Assembly (NCBI GenBank): GCA_013334825.1
Contig: JAAXWR010000001.1
Span: forward strand, 139,769-203,768
Direction: 5' to 3'
DNA from: Candidatus Yonathbacteria bacterium
Lineage (GTDB): Bacteria; Patescibacteriota; Minisyncoccia; Phycocordibacterales; JACNGX01
DNA: 64,000 nt
Below the pieces are notes generated by a model. It worked only from the letters and a program-made list of their open reading frames with translations. It was not told the DNA's origin and made no database searches. Made by a program: the position numbers and the translations under genes. Positions 17,639 to 25,806 of the stretch are shown in pieces (the stretch's first letter is position 1; every line of letters starts with the position of its first letter).

Positions 17639-18133
17639 GGAGAACGTTTCTAAGACGAACGGATTTTTTCCATCTGCGTATGCAAACTGGACAGGGTTCT
17701 TAAAACGCCCCCCACATCCGTTGCAGGTACATGTTCCGGGGTAGTTGGTAACGTCACCACCGAATCTTTGAAGTTCCGGAGGAGTGTCATCAGGAACTTC
17801 ATGATGTGTGTAGTCTTCTCCGCCACAAGTTGGGCAGATAAAGAACGGGAAGTTCGGGAAAAAATAAGATTCCACACGTGGAGCGTGGTCTGTTATCTCC
17901 GGATTCACGCGTCCGTAGTTTTCTACAATTAAAAACATCCTCCATAAACTGCTCTTCGGTAAGCTACGAAGACGGAGAAGTTTTTCTTCTCGGGTCATGC
18001 CGACACTCTTTTCACAAAGGGCGACAATTTTTTCATCAACGGTTGGTTTGCGACGACCCTGGATGCCGAGATGTTTCCTGGTATGCTTCCGTAAGAATTT
18101 ATCCTGATCGGACATCTTTTTTCTTTGTACCAT
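17621..18133 (-). CDS. hypothetical protein with a C-terminal CxxC...CxxC zinc-ribbon
   Basis: FICPTCGG ... CTCNGCGG; basic N-terminus; no other motif. Confidence 0.5.
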   Translation of the reverse strand: MVQRKKMSDQDKFLRKHTRKHLGIQGRRKPTVDEKIVALCEKSVGMTREEKLLRLRSLPKSSLWRMFLIVENYGRVNPEITDHAPRVESYFFPNFPFFICPTCGGEDYTHHEVPDDTPPELQRFGGDVTNYPGTCTCNGCGGRFKNPVQFAYADGKNPFVLETFSKNKSS

Positions 18134-18448
18134 GATAAGTTAACGTTTCGTTATTGAGATACTGTTTCCAGAAAGTACTATACATAAATAATATGAATTT
18201 GCAATACTTGAAATGAGGAGTTAGAAATTAGGAATATCAAACTGGCACTCGAATCAAGAATTATGAATTAAGAATATTGACAAATAAAACCAGCTCCCAA
18301 TATTTTATAGAACTACGAACTACTCCGCCCAGCCCTTTTTAAAAGAGCTGGGCGGACCCGCGCGCTCCGCGTAGCGGAGACGTCGCGGGGAACTAAGAAC
18401 TACGTCATTCATGGGTATGGCAGATTGTTTTTCTGTTATACTTCTGGC

Positions 18449-19117
18449 ATGAGCAAAGAATCGTATACCTACACCATTGGCATTGATGAAGCGGGACGAG
18501 GACCTTTGGCGGGGCCGGTGTCTGTGGGTGTGGTGGGCATACCTGCCGAACACCAAAGTGTCGTGGAGGAAATGTTCGCACTTCTTAAAGGGCGAGACTC
18601 AAAAAAATGGTCGGAGAAAAAACGAGAAGAATGGTTCGAAAAAATTTGCGCGGCACGGCATGCCGGACTCATTGTGTTTTCTGGTGTGATGGTTGGCGCG
18701 CGTACTATTGATGAAAAAGGGATTATGTATGCAGTGAAGAGTGCCTTGGCACGAGGACTTGAGCGTCTTGATATGAATCCTCTCCATGTGCGAGTGGTTC
18801 TTGATGGGGGACTTCATGCACCTGCCGTATACGAACATCAAGAGACGATTATCAAAGGTGATGAAAAAGAGATTGTCATTGCAATGGCGTCTATTGTCGC
18901 CAAAGTAACTCGTGACCGACATATGCGTACTCTTGCGGAGAAATATCCCACATACGGATTTGAGGTACACAAGGGATATGGGACAGCGAAGCATTACGCA
19001 GCGATAGAGACATATGGGACATGTGAGGAGCATCGGAGAAGTTTTTTAAAGGGGAGCGGAAACTCGCGGAACGAACGCGGAATGTCGCGGAATTTACACG
19101 GACACAATTGGGGATGA
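18449..19117 (+). CDS. rnhB: ribonuclease HII; the C-terminal ~30 aa are encoded by a GCGGAA-type tandem array
   Basis: YTIGIDEAGRGPLAGPV and the downstream RNase HII motifs; start taken at MSKESY. Confidence 0.8.
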   Translation: MSKESYTYTIGIDEAGRGPLAGPVSVGVVGIPAEHQSVVEEMFALLKGRDSKKWSEKKREEWFEKICAARHAGLIVFSGVMVGARTIDEKGIMYAVKSALARGLERLDMNPLHVRVVLDGGLHAPAVYEHQETIIKGDEKEIVIAMASIVAKVTRDRHMRTLAEKYPTYGFEVHKGYGTAKHYAAIETYGTCEEHRRSFLKGSGNSRNERGMSRNLHGHNWG

Positions 19118-19288
19118 ACACGGATAGACGTGGAATATTTAGGAAGAGAGGTCTAAATTTGCAAAATAAAGATGAAAACAAGAGTAACACTTCTCGGGCG
19201 TCCTCCGCGTTGATCTGCGTTTGTTCAGCATAGCTTCCGCGTAACGCGCTTGCGCGTTGGGACGGTTTCTGCTATAGTATTGCCCACT

Positions 19289-19615
19289 ATGACTGTACGC
19301 ATGCGCCATACGCGCGCTCACACAGGGAACCGTCGTTCCCACCATGCTCTTCAGGCACCGCAGATTTCAACGTGCCCTAATTGTTCTGCTCCGTACATGC
19401 GTCATCGTATGTGCCCGACTTGTGGAACATATCGTGGTCGCGAAGTTGTTGATATGGTTGCCAAGAAAGAACGTTCCATTGAACGCGCGAAGGTAAAGGC
19501 AAAAAGCCGTGGTTTGGACGTACACGAAGCAACTGAAAAAGCAAAGGAGGAGGCAACACCCACAAAGAAGAAATCCACAGCAACCAAAGCCGCATCCAAG
19601 AAAGCAAAGAAATAA
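19289..19615 (+). CDS. rpmF: ribosomal protein bL32 with a ~55-aa lysine-rich C-terminal tail
   Basis: MTVRMRHTRAHTGNRRSHHALQAPQISTCPNCSAPYMRHRMCPTCGTYRGREVV is the L32 zinc ribbon; the tail is KAKSRGLDVHEATEKAKEE...KKSTATKAASKKAKK. Confidence 0.8.
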   Translation: MTVRMRHTRAHTGNRRSHHALQAPQISTCPNCSAPYMRHRMCPTCGTYRGREVVDMVAKKERSIERAKVKAKSRGLDVHEATEKAKEEATPTKKKSTATKAASKKAKK

Positions 19616-19687
19616 CATGATATACTGGAGCAAGCGGCGTACATTGACCGCTTGTCCGTTTATCAGTACTCATCGTTCTTTTTTACA

Positions 19688-20584
19688 ATGGCAAATCGAC
19701 ATCTCTGCAGAAGTATCGTCATGCAATCCCTCTTCGAGTGGGATTTTGGTGGTTGTACTGCCGACCTCGAAGAAATCGTCAAGCGTAATGCCGCGGAGTT
19801 TGCTCCCGGTATTCCCGATACTGACTTTATGGTAACGCTTGCGCAAGGTATTGCAGACAAGCGTGCCAAGATTGACGAAGTGATTGTTGCCGCCGCTCCT
19901 GAATGGCCGATTGAGAAAATTGCGGTCCTTAACCGCACTATTTTGCGAATTGGATTGTTCGAACTTCTTTTTGGTGATAGAAAGGAAGTCCCACCAAAAG
20001 TTGCTATCAATGAAGCCATCGAACTTGCGAAATCTTTTGGTGGAGATTCTGGGAGTCGCTTTGTGAATGGTGTACTTGGTGCTGTGTATCGCGAAATGGG
20101 CGAGCCAGGCAAGGATCAAACAAGCAAAAAGAAAGAGCCGATTGATATTACTAAACTTCCCATCGATCGTCTCATTGGAGCTGTTGTATATACTAAGACA
20201 GGGAACGGTGTTAAACTCGCTCTTCTCCGTGACGTTTTTGGTAAATGGACGCTTACCAAAGGACATCTCAAAGATGAGGAAACAGATACAGATGGTGTTG
20301 TACGCAAAGCACTTGATGAAATGGGTGCTGTTATCATCGAAGTCAAAGACCTTCTGGGTGAGAATGAATACCTTGCGAATACAGAAGATGGTGGTAAGTT
20401 GCGCAAACAGGTACGCTATTTCCTCGCGGAAGCAAAAGATGGTGATCTTCGTCCCGGTGAATCTGGAGGTATTGCGGATGCAAAATGGTTTACTCTTCCT
20501 GAAGTGATTGACCTTACTATGTATGACGATATTCTTCCAATTGTTACAAAGGGTGTAAATATTCTCCTTGGTAAATCGTCGTAG
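19688..20584 (+). CDS. nusB: NusB antitermination factor fused to a C-terminal NUDIX hydrolase domain
   Basis: N-terminal half has LNRTILRIGLFELLF and KVAINEAIELAKSFGGDSGSRFVNGVL (NusB). C-terminal half has GKWTLTKGHLKDEETDTDGVVRKALDEMGAVI (Nudix box Gx5Ex7R[KE]xxEExG) and the rest of the Nudix fold. Confidence 0.8.
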   Translation: MANRHLCRSIVMQSLFEWDFGGCTADLEEIVKRNAAEFAPGIPDTDFMVTLAQGIADKRAKIDEVIVAAAPEWPIEKIAVLNRTILRIGLFELLFGDRKEVPPKVAINEAIELAKSFGGDSGSRFVNGVLGAVYREMGEPGKDQTSKKKEPIDITKLPIDRLIGAVVYTKTGNGVKLALLRDVFGKWTLTKGHLKDEETDTDGVVRKALDEMGAVIIEVKDLLGENEYLANTEDGGKLRKQVRYFLAEAKDGDLRPGESGGIADAKWFTLPEVIDLTMYDDILPIVTKGVNILLGKSS

Positions 20585-20663
20585 TTTTTATTTTTTGTAT
20601 TTTTATTTTTTAAATTTTTATATCTTTTCTTTCTAACCTCTTTCCTAATTCCTTTCTCCCCGT

Positions 20664-21380
20664 ATGACTTCCCCTATCAATCCTGATATTTGTGATACAT
20701 TTGAAAAACGCGCGGGCGTCGCTTTTGTTGATAAGATGTTGTTGCAACAAGCGTTCACACATCGTTCATATTTGAATGAGCATGTGGATTTGCCACATAC
20801 GCATAATGAACGTCTTGAATTTCTCGGCGATGCTGTCCTTGAATTATCTGTAACGGATTTCTTGTACAGAACGTATCCTCAAAAAACAGAAGGTGATTTG
20901 ACGGCATATCGCGCCGCCCTTGTGAATACCATAAGCATTTCAAACGCTGCAAAAGATCTTCGTATGGATGAATGTCTTCTCCTTTCACGTGGAGAAGCAC
21001 GCGGAACAGAAAAAGCGCGTCAATATATTTTGGCGAACACATTTGAAGCAGTGATTGGCGCAATTTATTTGGACCAAGGGTATGCTGCTGCGGATGCGTT
21101 TATTAATCGTCATTTGACGCCATACATAGCCGAAGTTATTAAACGTCGTCTCTGGCAAGATGCGAAAAGTTATTTTCAAGAGCGCGCGCAAGATGAAGTT
21201 GGTATTACTCCCTCATACAGTGTTCTTGAAGAAGTAGGACCTGATCATGATAAAGAGTTTACTGTTGGGGTATATTTGGGCAACGAACTTGTTGCTAAAG
21301 GGACAGGACGTTCCAAGCAAGACGCGGAGCAAGAAGCAGCAAATAAAGGGCTCGATGCAAAAGCATGGAGAAAGGAATAG
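20664..21380 (+). CDS. rnc: ribonuclease III
   Basis: HRSY, ERLEFLGDAVLEL, and a C-terminal dsRBD. Confidence 0.9.
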   Translation: MTSPINPDICDTFEKRAGVAFVDKMLLQQAFTHRSYLNEHVDLPHTHNERLEFLGDAVLELSVTDFLYRTYPQKTEGDLTAYRAALVNTISISNAAKDLRMDECLLLSRGEARGTEKARQYILANTFEAVIGAIYLDQGYAAADAFINRHLTPYIAEVIKRRLWQDAKSYFQERAQDEVGITPSYSVLEEVGPDHDKEFTVGVYLGNELVAKGTGRSKQDAEQEAANKGLDAKAWRKE

Positions 21381-21483
21381 TAGACGCGGAAGTTATGCGG
21401 ATCAGACGCGGAACCTACGCTGAAATAGTCCGGAAGTTTGCAAGCAAACTTCCGCACACTGGTATCTGTACAATATCTAAAAC

Positions 21484-21511
21484 AAAAAACGCCACGTGAA
21501 GTGGCGTTTTT
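21484..21511. terminator. bidirectional rho-independent terminator
   Basis: aaaaaacgccac-gtgaa-gtggcgttttt. Confidence 0.65.
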
Positions 21512-21638
21512 ATATGCTATACAGTGACGAAAGTATGGAGTAAAAATACGAAATAGCGTATAAATATTTAGTCATTGCATACGTTATTCTATGGTGAGTA
21601 AAATAAAACACTCCCGGTGTATACGGAAGTGTGTCGCT

Positions 21639-22307
21639 TTAGAATGGTAAATCATCATCATCGTGTCCGTCTCCATCATGCGGTGGATATTCCTCCTGAC
21701 CATTTGAGCCCGGGGAATCTCCCACAATATACTCAATACCACTTTCATCAAGAACATCACGGATAATCTCCCAATCAGGATGCAGTCCGCAGGGTTCCTC
21801 TTCTTGAGATTGTCTGACGAATTCCTGGGTTTTTTCTCTCTCCTCATGCCATCTTCTTAGTCCTTCTGACTCGGGGGAGAGTTGCGTAATCTTTTTGAGA
21901 AGATATGTATGATCAACATATGATTCAAAGGGAATTGGCATCTGGTTGAGTACCATGATCGCAAGACCCTCGTTTTCTCGTTCTCCTCGTTCCCACGTAC
22001 CAATATATACGCCGGTATGGGGATCTTTTCTCAGTGCATAGGAGATGATAGGCCCTCGTGGTGTTACGCCACCTTTTTCCATGTACTGCTTTTCAAAACA
22101 TAACAGGTCATCGTCATGTTCCGTGAGAAGAATTCTTGACATGCCATGTATGTCAAATAATGCTCCATCACCCGTCTCCATGTCGAGCATCCCAGAGAAA
22201 GGCTCATGTATCACGGCAGGTATCGACATTGCCATACCTATGCGGAGATCCATTATATGGTCTCTCCAGAAATATTCCCCGTTCACAAAAGATGATGTAT
22301 GTTCCAT
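21639..22307 (-). CDS. hypothetical protein with an acidic C-terminus
   Basis: 222-aa ORF with no recognised motif; tail HDGDGHDDDDLPF. Confidence 0.5.
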   Translation of the reverse strand: MEHTSSFVNGEYFWRDHIMDLRIGMAMSIPAVIHEPFSGMLDMETGDGALFDIHGMSRILLTEHDDDLLCFEKQYMEKGGVTPRGPIISYALRKDPHTGVYIGTWERGERENEGLAIMVLNQMPIPFESYVDHTYLLKKITQLSPESEGLRRWHEEREKTQEFVRQSQEEEPCGLHPDWEIIRDVLDESGIEYIVGDSPGSNGQEEYPPHDGDGHDDDDLPF

Positions 22308-22489
22308 CTCAATTATTTTTATTAGTTTGAGAAGCCTGTACTACTACTTGGCACAAGGTATCAGAATAACGGTTGATATGCAAGCGGTACGCCCGTTCTC
22401 GCAGTGTGTTACTTGACAATAATTTATAATAGTGCTATCTTTATTGATAGTTTTTCAAAGGGATGATAAATAATAAAATATAAAGGGTT

Positions 22490-22723
22490 ATGAAAAAAAG
22501 TTTTTTTGTTGCGATGGGGATGTTTATTTTCGTTGTCGCCGTCCTGTACGGGGTAACAAAAATTACACCTTTGTTGCAAAAGGTGATAGAGGTGATTGAA
22601 ACGGCGATTGACACAACGGTGTCGTTTTGGCGTCGTGCTTCTATGGAGGATATTTTTCTCATTGTCCTCATAGTATTGCTACTCCAGTTTATAAGCTGGA
22701 TATTAAGAAGAAGACAATGTTAG
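22490..22723 (+). CDS. possible small membrane protein (77 aa)
   Basis: Two hydrophobic helices; followed by a terminator. Confidence 0.35.
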   Translation: MKKSFFVAMGMFIFVVAVLYGVTKITPLLQKVIEVIETAIDTTVSFWRRASMEDIFLIVLIVLLLQFISWILRRRQC

Positions 22724-22730
22724 TTACTGA

Positions 22731-22763
22731 AAAAAGCGCCAGTATGGGCGCTTTTTGTTTTTT
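22731..22763. terminator. bidirectional rho-independent terminator
   Basis: aaaaagcgcc-agtatg-ggcgcttttt followed by gtttttt. Confidence 0.6.
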
Positions 22764-22766
22764 ATA

Positions 22767-22970
22767 TTATAGCCCGATGGAATATGCGGACGTGATGCCG
22801 GAGATGAGCGAGGGAAGAACAAACAGCATAATGATAAGAGGAAGAAGAAAGAGCACTGCCGTCGCAATGAGCGTCCACTTGAAATAATTGCGTGTCTTTT
22901 CTGCCGAAGCATAAATCGCGTCAATTTTTGTTTCAAGGTCAAGTAATTTTTTTGCAATATCGGGGTCCAT
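22767..22970 (-). CDS. possible small membrane protein (67 aa)
   Basis: Amphipathic N-terminus followed by one long TM helix. Confidence 0.35.
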   Translation of the reverse strand: MDPDIAKKLLDLETKIDAIYASAEKTRNYFKWTLIATAVLFLLPLIIMLFVLPSLISGITSAYSIGL

Positions 22971-22978
22971 GGGAATTG

Positions 22979-23020
22979 TGAATCAAGAATCAAGAATCAA
23001 GAATCAAGAATCAAGAATCA
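22979..23020. repeat. perfect 7-bp tandem repeat (GAATCAA) x6
   Basis: gaatcaagaatcaagaatcaagaatcaagaatcaagaatc read directly; a member of the dispersed GAATCAA/GAATCAC/GAAGCAA family. Confidence 0.85.
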
Positions 23021-23241
23021 AGAATCTGCTACAGATTAAGTATGACAGGTGGGGGATAAAAACACAAGTGAAGTTTTTGAATGCTCTTTCTTTTTATATT
23101 CCTAATTTCTAGATTCTAATTTTTTCGTCAATTTCTTGATTCTTGCTTCGTGATTCGTGCTTCGCTTTCATCTGTATCTATGAGCCTTTCTCACTACACA
23201 CTAACACCTCACGCAATAATTCTGTTATAATACATCCACTC

Positions 23242-25509
23242 ATGTTGAAATCCATTGAGATTTCTGGATTCAAGTCGTTCGCCAAAAAGGGTGAGCTTGT
23301 CTTTTCGTCGCCTGTATCGGCAATTGTGGGCCCGAATGGGTCGGGAAAGTCGAATGTGACAGAGGCGATGCGTTTTGTGTTGGGAGAACAATCAATGAAG
23401 TCGCTTCGAAGTAAACGTGGTGAAGACCTTATCTGGAGTGGGTCGCAAGCTGCACCGCGCGCCAACCGCGCAAGTGTTGAAATGACGTTCGATAATCGTG
23501 ACCGTGTGTTTGATGTGGCATTTGATGAAGTAACCATCAGGCGCGTGGTATCGCGTGATGGAAGCAATGAATATTTTTTGAATGGATCGCCAGTACGTCT
23601 CAAAGATGTCATGGAACTTCTCGCACAGGTACATATTGGCGCATCGGGGCATCATATTATCTCTCAGGGAGAAGCTGACCGTATCTTGAACACATCGTCC
23701 AAAGAACGTCGCGGTATTATTGAAGACGCACTTGGACTCAAGATTTATCATTGGAAAATTGCCGAGAGTGAAAAGAAATTGGGAAAGACCGAAGAAAATA
23801 TGAAAGAGGTCGAGTCACTCCGCAGAGAGATTGCGCCGCATATTCGCTTTCTCAAAAAACAGGTAGAAAAGATTGAGGCAGCGGAGGCGCTCCGTGGCAC
23901 GCTTGCGAAACTTTACGCGGAATATCTCAAGCGTGAGTCTATATATCTTTCGCGTGCGGGTGATGATATCGCTCGTGACATTGAAGCAAAAGAAGCAGTG
24001 CTTGCGAGTATTGACGCCCGCATGCAAGAGGCAGAGGCACGTGTCGCGAGAGAAAAAGAAGGACAGGTGACGCCCGAGTCTCCGCGCATTGCTGACATTG
24101 AAAAAGAATTATCCGCGCTCCGCGCGGAAAAAGACGAACGCGCTCGCGCGCTCGGTCGTATTGAAGGAACGATGGATGCGGTGAAACGTCGTCGAGAACG
24201 GATGCTCGTTGATTCCGATCGTCCTGTGGCGCATACGACTGTGGTATCATTTGCCGATGAAGTACGTGGACATGCCGAAGAGGGAGAACGCGCCGATGAT
24301 ATCCTTGACGCGCGATCGGCATGTTCCGCAATACTTGGTTCTGTACGTGACTTCGCTACACGTATCAAAGACGGTGCTTCTGATGAAGAGTTGGCAGATG
24401 TTGACGCGGAATACGCTCGTCTTGAAGCAGAATATGCCGATGTGGCGCGTGGCATGGACACCTATGCGGGCAAAGAGGATGCGCTCCTTCGTGAGCGTAT
24501 GGAACTCTTTCGTTCAGCTGATGTAGAAAAGACCAAGACGATGGAAGCGGAACGTGCCATATACACACTCCGTGCTGAACGAAGTGAAATCACTGCAACA
24601 CTGGGACGTGTGCGTGACAGAGAGGTTATCATCACACGCGACAAGACAGCGTATGAAGAAGAGATTCGTGAAGGTATGGTTCTCGTGGGGAGGGCAATTC
24701 TTGCCTATGAAGAATATACATGTGAAGAAGCGGATGTTCTTGCGGAGCCACGTCATGCTCAAGAAGACCGTCGGCGTGCTATTGAGCGTATTAAAATCAA
24801 ACTTGAGGACGCGGGTGTTGGTGGCGGAGGAGACGTGATGAAAGAATACAATGAAGTGATGGAACGCGACACCTTTCTCGCGCGTGAACTTGAAGATTTG
24901 CAGAAAGGAGCGACCTCTCTCCATGAGCTCATTGTCGAACTTCGAGGGAAACTTGATATTGAATTTAAAGAAGGGTTGCGCAAGATAAATACGCAATTCC
25001 AAGAATATTTCGCGCTTATGTTCGGGGGAGGCACCGCGTCACTTGAAATCGTGAAGCAAAAAAAGCGCGTACGCAAGGACGAAGAGATACCGGATGAACG
25101 TGCGATGGACGATATGGAGGGAGGACTAAACGCCGACGACTCGGCATCGGCTGAAGAGGGAATTGATATCGCAGTATCGCTTCCCCGCAAAAAAATTCGC
25201 GGACTGCAAATGCTCTCCGGTGGGGAGCGCGCGCTTACGTCCATCGCACTTATCTTTGCCATGTCACAAGTCAATCCACCACCGTTTCTTGTTCTTGATG
25301 AGACAGACGCGGCACTCGATGAAGCGAACTCGCGTCGGTATGGTGATATGCTCGAAAACTTGGCGAGACGTTCTCAGCTTATTGTTGTCACACACAATCG
25401 CGAAACAATGTCCCGCGCAGGCGTACTCTATGGCGTAACGATGGGATCTGACGCCGCGTCGAGACTCCTTTCCGTCAAGTTTGAAGAAGCAGCAGCGTAC
25501 GCCAAGTGA
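23242..25509 (+). CDS. smc: SMC-family chromosome-condensation ATPase, short (755 aa) with no recognisable hinge
   Basis: Walker A GPNGSGKSNVTEAMRFVLGEQSMKSLR, long coiled coil, and C-terminal signature LSGGERALTSIALIFA ... LVLDETDAALD. The ORF-track start at 23143 is read-through of upstream repeats. Confidence 0.8.
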   Translation: MLKSIEISGFKSFAKKGELVFSSPVSAIVGPNGSGKSNVTEAMRFVLGEQSMKSLRSKRGEDLIWSGSQAAPRANRASVEMTFDNRDRVFDVAFDEVTIRRVVSRDGSNEYFLNGSPVRLKDVMELLAQVHIGASGHHIISQGEADRILNTSSKERRGIIEDALGLKIYHWKIAESEKKLGKTEENMKEVESLRREIAPHIRFLKKQVEKIEAAEALRGTLAKLYAEYLKRESIYLSRAGDDIARDIEAKEAVLASIDARMQEAEARVAREKEGQVTPESPRIADIEKELSALRAEKDERARALGRIEGTMDAVKRRRERMLVDSDRPVAHTTVVSFADEVRGHAEEGERADDILDARSACSAILGSVRDFATRIKDGASDEELADVDAEYARLEAEYADVARGMDTYAGKEDALLRERMELFRSADVEKTKTMEAERAIYTLRAERSEITATLGRVRDREVIITRDKTAYEEEIREGMVLVGRAILAYEEYTCEEADVLAEPRHAQEDRRRAIERIKIKLEDAGVGGGGDVMKEYNEVMERDTFLARELEDLQKGATSLHELIVELRGKLDIEFKEGLRKINTQFQEYFALMFGGGTASLEIVKQKKRVRKDEEIPDERAMDDMEGGLNADDSASAEEGIDIAVSLPRKKIRGLQMLSGGERALTSIALIFAMSQVNPPPFLVLDETDAALDEANSRRYGDMLENLARRSQLIVVTHNRETMSRAGVLYGVTMGSDAASRLLSVKFEEAAAYAK

Positions 25510-25725
25510 GGCGAGTTGTCAGTTTCAAGTTGCAAGTTTTCAGACACTATGTGCCTGCTCCGCATCCTGGGGTACTGTGGGATCAGACGCGACCATGTAC
25601 CACATAGGATGCATGATGGAAATATCTCGGGTCTTATGGGAAGAACTGAAGTCTTGGGAGACGAGGTAGTTTTTAGAACAAATATATAGCGCACCATACA
25701 TAGGCACTTCTTTTTTTTGCAAACA

Positions 25726-25751
25726 AAAAGCGCAGGGTATCTGCGCTTTTT
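25726..25751. terminator. bidirectional terminator between smc and the MFS gene
   Basis: aaaaagcgcag-ggtat-ctgcgcttttt. Confidence 0.6.
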
Positions 25752-25806
25752 AATGTGGGATTCAAGATATGTTTTTTATTTTTTCAAACAAAAAGACCTA
25801 CTCACC

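Noticed and set aside
18325-18356. Intrinsic terminator at ccgcccagc...gctgggcgg upstream of rnhB
   Set aside because: The hairpin is present but has a 13-nt loop and no flanking U-tract on either strand. It is more likely part of the repeat-rich spacer structure than a terminator.
22979-23020. CRISPR array among the short tandem arrays (GAATCAA x6, GCGGAA 11-mers)
   Set aside because: Repeat units are 7 to 11 bp and contiguous, without unique spacers of 25 to 40 bp, and no cas genes are present. These are microsatellite-like arrays, not CRISPR.
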